Shown piece by piece: positions 58,075 through 64,000 of a DNA stretch of 64,000 bases. Where the stretch lies: NCBI GenBank assembly GCA_035519555.1, contig DATIWG010000096.1, forward strand, positions 18,794 to 82,793, written 5' to 3'. The position numbers and the translations under genes are program-made. The notes beneath the pieces were generated by a model. That model did no database searches, was not told the origin of the DNA, and worked only from the letters and a program-made list of their open reading frames with translations. The stretch's first letter is position 1. Each line of letters begins with the position of its first letter. The DNA comes from Nitrosotalea sp. (GTDB lineage Bacteria > Methylomirabilota > Methylomirabilia > Rokubacteriales > CSP1-6).

Positions 58075-60138
58075 GTGCGATCCCTCGCCGCCTCCTGGCG
58101 CGTGCTCCTCGCCGGAAGCCTGGTCGGCCTGGCCGTCGTGGCCCTGGCCACCGCCAACCCCTTCCGCTTCTTCGAGGTCGCCGAGCTCAAGGCCCTCGAC
58201 GCGCAGTTCACCCTGCGCGGCCCACGCCCACCCGAGTCCCCCATCGTGGTGGTCTCCATCGATGAGGACTCCTTCGACGGGCTCGACCTGGCCTGGCCGT
58301 GGCCACGCGCCGTCCACGCCAAGTTCCTCGACATCGTCGCGCGGGGCGGCCCGGCCGTCATCGGCATGGACATCCTGTTCACGGAGCCGTCCTCCCGGGG
58401 GCCGGCCGACGACGCGGCCCTGGGCGCGGCGGTGGACCGGGTGCGGGATCGGATCGTGCTGGCCGCGGCGCTGACCACGGTCGGCGACGCTTCCTTCGTC
58501 AAACAGGCGCTGAACCCACCCATCCCGGCGGTGCGCGGCCAGGCCGTCTTCGGCTCGGCTGCCTACGAATCCGACGTCGACGCCTTCGTGCGCCGGGCCA
58601 CGCTCAAGCACGAGTTCCAGGATCGCGAGTGGCCGGGCTTCGACCTCCTGATCTACCGCCTGGCCGAGAAGGCGGGCCTCGTCAAGGCTCCGCCGCCGTC
58701 GGGCCGCGAGGTGCTGATCAATTTCCGCGGCGGCCCGGACACGTTCCCCATGGTCGCCTACCACCGCGTCGTCACCGGCGAGATCCCGCCCGAGGTCTTC
58801 GCGGGCAAGATCGTTCTGGTCGGCGCCACCACGCCCACGCTGCACGACATCTTCCCGACCCCGTTCGCCGCCCAGTCCGGCATGGCCGGCGTGGAGATCC
58901 ACGCTCAGACGCTCGAGACCCTGCTCACGGGCATCCCGCTGCGCCGGGCCCCGCGCCTGCTGGTCCCGGGGCTCGCCGTGGTCGCGGGCGCCCTCGCGGC
59001 ATGGACCGCCACCGCGCTGCGCCCGCTGGCCGCCTTCGGGATCGTGGCCGGCGGGGTGACCGCGTATCTCGGGGCCAGCCAGGGGGCCTTCGCGTGGGGC
59101 CGCTACTGGGTCGAGGTGGTGCCGGTGCCGCTGGCCCTGCTCGTCACCTACGCGGGAACGGTGGCCAAGAACTTCACCCAGGAGCAGCGGGAGAAGCGGC
59201 GCCTCTCACGCTTCTTCTCGCCCGACGTGGTGGCGGAGATCGTCCGTCACAAGGACGACGCCAAGCTCGCGGCCAACCGGCGTCGCATGACCGTGCTCTT
59301 CTCGGACATCCGGGGCTTCACCTCGATGTCGGAGAAGATGCAGCCGGAGGAGGTCGTCACGTTCCTGCGCGAGTACCTCACGGTCATGACGCAGGCGGTG
59401 TTCAATCACGGCGGCACCGTCGACAAGTACATCGGTGACGCCATCATGGCCCTCTACAACGTGCCGTTCGAGGCGCCCGATCACGCGCTGCGCGCAGTGC
59501 GCACCGCGCTGGAGTTCCAGGAGCGCCTGCAGCCGCTGGCCGAGCGCTTCGCGGCGCGCCATGGCGGCACGCTGGCCTGCGGCGTGGGCATTCACACCGG
59601 CGATGCGGTGGTGGGCACCATCGGCTCCGAGCAGCGGCTCGAGTACACCGCCATCGGCGACACCATCAACCTGGGCTCACGGCTCGAGGGGCTGACCAAG
59701 GAATTCAGCGTACCGATCATCATCAGCGAGGCCACCTACGCGGAGGTGCGCGACCACTTCGGCGCGCGCGACCTGGGCGAGGTCACGGTCAAGGGCAAGG
59801 CGATCCCGGTGAAGATCTACGCGATCATCTCCGGAGAGCCGCGCCGCGACCTGCGCCGCCCCATGGAAGGCCGCGTCTCGATCTCCGACGGCGAGCTGAC
59901 CGTCGTCGCCGAGGTGAGTGACCTGTCGCGTACCGGCGTCGCCGTCCGGGCCGTCCCCCGGCGGCTCGAGCGAGGCGAGCTGCTGACGCTGGAGCTCACC
60001 ATCGGCACCCCGGCGCTGGACGTGACGATCGACCGCGCCGAGGTGATGTGGGCCCGCAAGGACACCGCGGGGCTCCGCTTCGTCGAGCTCGCGGCCCCCG
60101 CCCGCGCCGCCATCGACACCCTCATCACCCGCCCCTAG
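58075..60138 (+). CDS. CHASE2 sensor - class III adenylate/guanylate cyclase - PilZ domain protein
   Basis: CHASE2 hallmarks (LDAQFTLRG, VVVSIDEDSF...WPWPR, GMDILFTEPS), three TM helices, the cyclase core (VLFSDIRGFTSMSE, DKYIGDAIMA, GDTINLGSRLE), and a C-terminal PilZ with RRDLRR and DLSRTG. Confidence 0.8.
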   Translation: MRSLAASWRVLLAGSLVGLAVVALATANPFRFFEVAELKALDAQFTLRGPRPPESPIVVVSIDEDSFDGLDLAWPWPRAVHAKFLDIVARGGPAVIGMDILFTEPSSRGPADDAALGAAVDRVRDRIVLAAALTTVGDASFVKQALNPPIPAVRGQAVFGSAAYESDVDAFVRRATLKHEFQDREWPGFDLLIYRLAEKAGLVKAPPPSGREVLINFRGGPDTFPMVAYHRVVTGEIPPEVFAGKIVLVGATTPTLHDIFPTPFAAQSGMAGVEIHAQTLETLLTGIPLRRAPRLLVPGLAVVAGALAAWTATALRPLAAFGIVAGGVTAYLGASQGAFAWGRYWVEVVPVPLALLVTYAGTVAKNFTQEQREKRRLSRFFSPDVVAEIVRHKDDAKLAANRRRMTVLFSDIRGFTSMSEKMQPEEVVTFLREYLTVMTQAVFNHGGTVDKYIGDAIMALYNVPFEAPDHALRAVRTALEFQERLQPLAERFAARHGGTLACGVGIHTGDAVVGTIGSEQRLEYTAIGDTINLGSRLEGLTKEFSVPIIISEATYAEVRDHFGARDLGEVTVKGKAIPVKIYAIISGEPRRDLRRPMEGRVSISDGELTVVAEVSDLSRTGVAVRAVPRRLERGELLTLELTIGTPALDVTIDRAEVMWARKDTAGLRFVELAAPARAAIDTLITRP

Positions 60139-60268
60139 CCCCCACCGAACGCGGACCCAACGCCCCGCTCGCCCCCGTTTCAACCGACGCCCGGTCGATC
60201 AGTCGAGAGTGGACGAGCCGCGGGTCGAGGTCAGCGCGCCGGGGTGGCGGGAAAGGAGCGAGGGAGAG

Positions 60269-60643
60269 CTAGTCGCGCGTCACGGACAGCTGGATGTTGA
60301 TCGCCTGCTCGAGGTAGTCGAGGTTGAACGGCTTCGGAACGTAGTCGGCGGCTCCGAGCTGCAGGAGCCGCGAGGTCGTCTGCACGTCCTCGTTGACCGT
60401 GACCATGATGACCGGAAGCCCGGGCGCGCGCGCGGCAAGCTGCTTGAGGGTCTCGAGGCCGTCCATCTCGGGCATGTGCATGTCCAGCAGCACCACGTCC
60501 GGCTTGAAGGTGTCGACTTCGGCCAGCCCCTTGCGGCCGTTCTCGGCCAGGCGCACCTCGTATCCTCGATCGGTCAGGAAGTGCTCCATGAGCTTGCGCA
60601 CTTCCGGCTCGTCGTCCACCACGAGGATCTTCTTGGCGGGCAT
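60269..60643 (-). CDS. single-domain (CheY-like) response regulator
   Basis: KILVVDDEPEV, the phospho-acceptor context VVLLDMHMPEMDG, and KPF. Confidence 0.85.
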   Translation of the reverse strand: MPAKKILVVDDEPEVRKLMEHFLTDRGYEVRLAENGRKGLAEVDTFKPDVVLLDMHMPEMDGLETLKQLAARAPGLPVIMVTVNEDVQTTSRLLQLGAADYVPKPFNLDYLEQAINIQLSVTRD

Positions 60644-60649
60644 GTCGCG

Positions 60650-60679
60650 ATACTACTCTCAGGGCTATTTAGCGGTCAA
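60650..60679 (-). promoter_or_regulatory. putative promoter TTGACC-18-TAGTAT, 6 nt upstream of ATG 60643
   Basis: The minus strand reads TTGACCgctaaatagccctgagagTAGTATcgcgacATG. No SD sequence is present. Confidence 0.3.
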
Positions 60680-60691
60680 ACTTCCCGCGCG

Positions 60692-61597
60692 TCAGCGGAC
60701 CTGGATCACCTCGTTCGGCACGCCGAGGCGAGCGATCTCGCGGCTGACCTCCTCCGCTTCACCACGCGAGGCGAAGTTGCCGTGCCGCAGGCTCACCTGC
60801 CCCGCGCGCGTGGCCTCGGTGACCACGCGCGCGTCGTAGCCTCCACCGCGCAGCTTCTCGGCGAGCTGCACGGCCGTGCGCAGCGGCGTGGCGCTACCCA
60901 CGCGGACCGTCACGCCGCTGCGCCCGACCAGCAGCACGCTCGGCGGATAGCCGTCCTTCTGCAGACGCTCGACGGTGGCCTGGCCTTCCTCCGGATCCTT
61001 GAGCGCGGTGACGTGCACCGAGAACAGCTTCGCGGGAGCCTGCTGACGGAAGCGCACGGTGGAGAAGCCGGCCTGGTTCAGCTTGGCCTCGACCCGCTCG
61101 GCGTCCTCCGCGACCGCGAAGGTGCCGAGCGCGAGCGCGTAGCGAACCGGCGGTGGCGTCGGAGCGGCGGCGGGGGCCGGGGCAGCAACACGTGGCTCGT
61201 CGGCACCCTCCACCGGGGGCGCCTTGACGTCCGGGGGCGTGGGCGCGGTCGTGGGTGACGCCGGCGCGGGCGATGCGGGGGCGGGAGGCGCCGCGGCAAC
61301 CGGTGGTGATGGAGCCGGCAGCGTGGCCTCAGGTGCCGGGGCCGAGGGAGCGGCCACCGCGGGTGGGGTCCCCGGCGGGCTCGCGGACCCGTCCGAAACG
61401 GGTGGCGGCACGGCGACCGGCGGAGCGGCCGCCGACTCGTCGGCCGGACGGGACGCGGCCCACAGCTGCAGCAGCCGATGGATGCCACCGGTGGGGCCGG
61501 GGGACAGGAAGTGATCGCCCCATCGCAGAAGCCCCAGGAGCAGAAGCCCGAGGGCCACCAGGAGGAGAAATCCGGGCCAGACGTGTCGGTATCTCAC
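60692..61597 (-). CDS. SPOR-domain (peptidoglycan-binding) membrane protein with Pro/Ala-rich linker
   Basis: GTG 61597 follows AAGGAAG. A TM helix, a long P/A/S linker, then two SPOR-like repeats (YALALGTFAVAEDAERVEAKL; VRVGSATPLRTAVQLAEKL...LRHGNFASRGEAEEV). Confidence 0.7.
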   Translation of the reverse strand: MRYRHVWPGFLLLVALGLLLLGLLRWGDHFLSPGPTGGIHRLLQLWAASRPADESAAAPPVAVPPPVSDGSASPPGTPPAVAAPSAPAPEATLPAPSPPVAAAPPAPASPAPASPTTAPTPPDVKAPPVEGADEPRVAAPAPAAAPTPPPVRYALALGTFAVAEDAERVEAKLNQAGFSTVRFRQQAPAKLFSVHVTALKDPEEGQATVERLQKDGYPPSVLLVGRSGVTVRVGSATPLRTAVQLAEKLRGGGYDARVVTEATRAGQVSLRHGNFASRGEAEEVSREIARLGVPNEVIQVR

Positions 61598-61671
61598 TGG
61601 CTTCCTTGACTTTCGAGGATGGCCGTCGCTATCATCCGGTCGCCCCGGCGCCCGGCGTTGCGGGGCCGCCC

Positions 61672-61680
61672 TGGTAGAGT
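61672..61680 (+). promoter_or_regulatory. extended -10-like box TGGTAGAGT, 6 nt upstream of htrA ATG
   Basis: cTGgTAGAGTacatacATG. Confidence 0.3.
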
Positions 61681-61686
61681 ACATAC

Positions 61687-62886
61687 ATGAGCCGCCGGCC
61701 GGTAATGATCCTGGTGGTCGCCGCGTTGCTGCTGGCCGCGGCGGGCGGTGGATACCTCCTGCGGGACAACATCGGGCGCAGCCGCGCCGCCGCGCCCTCC
61801 ACCCCGCAGGCCGCAACGGGCGTCGCGCTCGCCGAGTCGCTCCAGTCGGGATTCGTCGACGTCGCGCAGCAGGTGAGGCCGGCGGTCGTCCACCTCGGCA
61901 CGATCCAGCGCGCAAAGACCCCGCGCGGCCCCAACCTGCCCCAGGGCAACGATGACCCGTTCTTTCGTGACTTCTTCAATCAGTTCTTCGGCTCCGAGGG
62001 GCCCGACTCGCGCTCCGAGTTCCGCCGACCCGGCCTCGGGTCCGGCGTCATCATCGACAAGCGGGGGCTGGTCCTCACCAATTTTCACGTCGTCAAAGGT
62101 GCCGACGAGATCCTCATCCGGCTCTCCGACAAACGAGAATACCGCGGACAGATCCTGGGGACCGACCCGAAAACGGACCTGGCCGTGGTCAAGTTCCAGC
62201 CTGACCATGACCTCACGGTGGCGAGCCTGGGCAACTCCGACGCCCTGAGGGTCGGCGAGTGGGCCATCGCCATCGGCAATCCCTTCGGCCTGGACCAGAC
62301 CGTCACGGTGGGCGTGATCAGCGCGACTGGGCGGTCGGACGTGGGCATCGCGACCTACGAGAACTTCATCCAGACTGACGCATCGATCAACCCCGGCAAC
62401 TCCGGAGGGCCCCTCGTGAACCTCAAGGGGCAGGTGATCGGCATCAACACTGCCATCGTGGCCGCCGGCCAGGGCATCGGCTTCGCGATCCCCATCAACA
62501 TGGTCAAGCGGGTCGTCGACCAGCTGGTCGACAAGGGCAAGGTGGTCCGGGGTTGGCTCGGGGTCGCCCTGCAGCCGCTCTCCACCGACCTCGCCCAGAG
62601 CCTCGGGATCGACGGGACCAGCGGCGCGGTGGTCGGCTCGACCATGACCGGCAGCCCGGCGGCCCAGGCCGGTCTGCAGCAGGGTGACGTCATCGTGGCC
62701 TACGACAAGATCCCGGTGGAGGACTACCGCCATGTGCAGCGGCTGGTGGCGGAGACCCGGGTCGGCCGGAGCGTCACCCTCCAGATCGTTCGCAAGAAGC
62801 AGAAGATGGACGTGGCGGTCACCATCGCCGAGGTACCGGAGGACACCGGCCGGCGCGGCGGCGCCCCGGCTCCGACGAAACCCTGA
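61687..62886 (+). CDS. htrA: HtrA/DegP-family periplasmic serine protease (trypsin domain + one PDZ)
   Basis: Catalytic TNFHVV, D, GNSGGPLVN; PDZ GVALQPL...GAVVGSTMTGSPAAQAGLQQGDVIV. Confidence 0.9.
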   Translation: MSRRPVMILVVAALLLAAAGGGYLLRDNIGRSRAAAPSTPQAATGVALAESLQSGFVDVAQQVRPAVVHLGTIQRAKTPRGPNLPQGNDDPFFRDFFNQFFGSEGPDSRSEFRRPGLGSGVIIDKRGLVLTNFHVVKGADEILIRLSDKREYRGQILGTDPKTDLAVVKFQPDHDLTVASLGNSDALRVGEWAIAIGNPFGLDQTVTVGVISATGRSDVGIATYENFIQTDASINPGNSGGPLVNLKGQVIGINTAIVAAGQGIGFAIPINMVKRVVDQLVDKGKVVRGWLGVALQPLSTDLAQSLGIDGTSGAVVGSTMTGSPAAQAGLQQGDVIVAYDKIPVEDYRHVQRLVAETRVGRSVTLQIVRKKQKMDVAVTIAEVPEDTGRRGGAPAPTKP

Positions 62887-62890
62887 CGCG

Positions 62891-63718
62891 CTAGGCGACG
62901 AAGGGGGGAATCGGCGGCACATCCATCTGCCGCACCTTCACCTCTCGCACCCCATCGGCCCCACGCGCCACGTCCGTCGCCTCGTCCATGGCCGCGGTGC
63001 CCTCGAGCGTGACGACGCCGGCTCGGGCCTCCACCGTGATGCGGTACCGGCGCGTCTCGGGATGGGTGGCCAGCGCCACCTGCACGCGCGAGGCGAGCGA
63101 GCGGTCGGCGACGAGCTGGCTGCTCGTCGGCGTCGTCGCCAGCTCCGCCTGTCCCACAACTCCCCCGATCAGCCCGACCGCCGCCGCGACCGACAGCTTC
63201 TCGGTGTTGATGACGAGGTCGTAGAGCGCGGGATCGGTGATGCCCACCTCGTAGAGGTAGCGCATGCGCCCGGCCTTCTCGGCGTCATCACGCCGAACCA
63301 GCTCGGTGACCGTGCGGGGATTCGTCTGCTCGCCCATCGGCCCGGCCAGCTTCTTGCTCAGCCGCTTGACCCGCACGTCGAACGGCGCCATGACCCGCAC
63401 GCGGAGAACGTGGGGAATGCCGCGCAGCAGCCACTGTCCGCCACGGCCCATGAGCACCGCGTTGTCGTGCTCCGCGAAGTCGTACAGCGCGGTCTGGATG
63501 ACCGTGATGTAGCGTCGGGTCTCCACGTCGAAGCGCTCGAAGAGCGAGGGCTTGGACTCGTCGAGATGGGAGAGCTTCTCCTCCAGGAGCCCGTAGCGCT
63601 GGGCCGCGGCGGAGATGAGCTCGTGGTCCACGTACCGGTAGCCCAGACGGTCGGCGAGCTGCTGCCCGATCTCCGGTCCACCCGCGCCGATCTCGTGAGA
63701 AATCGTGACGATGGGCAT
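62891..63718 (-). CDS. cytidylate-kinase-like P-loop protein fused to a C-terminal BON domain
   Basis: N-terminus VTISHEIGAGGPEIGQQLADRLGYRYVDHEL (cytidylate kinase-like family). The C-terminus ITVEARAGVVTLEGTAAMDEATDVARGADGVREV resembles BON. Confidence 0.65.
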   Translation of the reverse strand: MPIVTISHEIGAGGPEIGQQLADRLGYRYVDHELISAAAQRYGLLEEKLSHLDESKPSLFERFDVETRRYITVIQTALYDFAEHDNAVLMGRGGQWLLRGIPHVLRVRVMAPFDVRVKRLSKKLAGPMGEQTNPRTVTELVRRDDAEKAGRMRYLYEVGITDPALYDLVINTEKLSVAAAVGLIGGVVGQAELATTPTSSQLVADRSLASRVQVALATHPETRRYRITVEARAGVVTLEGTAAMDEATDVARGADGVREVKVRQMDVPPIPPFVA

Positions 63719-63724
63719 GGCGTG

Positions 63725-63922
63725 TCACTCCTTCCGGTACTTCGCCTTCAACGCGGCCGGGGCGATGGCGATGCGCTTGCCCGAGACGTCGTCGAGCACG
63801 TAGATCTCGTCGGCGAGACTGCCGCTCGCGAACACCTCGAACACCTCGAGGGCCTCCTCCAGCGTGCTCCCCGCCGGGCGTCCCTCCATCATCCGCTCCA
63901 CGTCCTCGCGCTTGAGCCGCAC
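63725..63922 (-). CDS. hypothetical 65-aa protein
   Basis: Non-shadow-looking composition (acidic, K-rich tail). It ends 6 nt before the next gene's start and starts 3 nt after the stop of an upstream partial ORF. No motif recognised. Confidence 0.4.
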   Translation of the reverse strand: MRLKREDVERMMEGRPAGSTLEEALEVFEVFASGSLADEIYVLDDVSGKRIAIAPAALKAKYRKE

Positions 63923-64000
63923 GGGTCAGGCGCGGGCCGCGCCGCGCGCGGTTCCGGGGATGAAGTGGACGATCACGGTAGCCTGGATGGTCTTCGCCAT

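Noticed and set aside
60893-61530. Several overlapping Pro/Arg/Gly-rich ORFs on both strands (for example 61078-61488, 61224-61514, 61255-61677)
   Set aside because: They lie over the low-complexity Pro/Ala linker of the SPOR protein. The repetitive GC-rich sequence keeps all frames open. Only the SPOR frame has recognisable domains and an SD.
63926-64000. Partial minus-strand ORF at the window end (...MAKTIQATVIVHFIPGTARGAARA, stop at 63926-63928)
   Set aside because: Only 24 codons are visible and no motif is recognisable. I cannot tell whether it is a real gene running off the window.

Overview
Very GC-rich bacterial chromosomal segment, densely packed and mostly housekeeping. By eye there is no rRNA, tRNA, CRISPR array or transposase. 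LptD, LolA, TonB and a TonB-dependent receptor indicate a diderm; I cannot place the lineage from sequence alone. Many adjacent genes overlap by 1-4 nt (ATGA, GTGA, TGATG), so most belong to translationally coupled strings.

Gene order:
- alaS(partial)-recX-pilT-recA(intein)-thpR-cinA-pgpA-rimO-nikR on the minus strand.
- A plus-strand metal operon: His-motif membrane protein, TonB, TonB-dependent receptor, BNR propeller, CopC, CopC, cytochrome c'-like protein.
- Fasciclin, yajQ, lolA, ftsK, rnj, rsmA, coaE, polA.
- murA, glnE, glnB, glgA, a Na/Pi cotransporter, a histidine phosphatase, gltX and glnS (divergent pair).
- An accessory patch: SDR, amidohydrolase, solute-binding lipoprotein, cupin.
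- A long minus-strand string: sigma54 activator, galU, pncB, trpCFBA, accD, folC, lptD, degT, UbiA-type prenyltransferase, DprE1-like, DprE2-like.
- A signalling and envelope patch: CHASE2-cyclase-PilZ, CheY-like regulator, SPOR protein, HtrA, cytidylate-kinase-like/BON protein.

Most noteworthy observations:
1. A LAGLIDADG intein splits recA.
2. A 46-nt GC-hairpin repeat family has three copies. One sits in frame inside polA and carries a nested second repeat. That nested repeat is related to an exact 40-nt tandem duplication at the ftsK/lolA junction, which creates a uORF coupled to lolA.
3. A NikR-flanked TonB-dependent metal operon has an unusual periplasmic module.
4. A mycobacterial-type decaprenyl-phosphoryl-arabinose-like pathway is embedded in an lptD operon.
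5. A TG-N-TAGNNT box recurs 6-12 nt upstream of start codons, suggesting leaderless or near-leaderless transcripts.
6. A CHASE2 / class III cyclase / PilZ fusion.

All functional calls come from reading translated ORFs against remembered family motifs. No database search was run.
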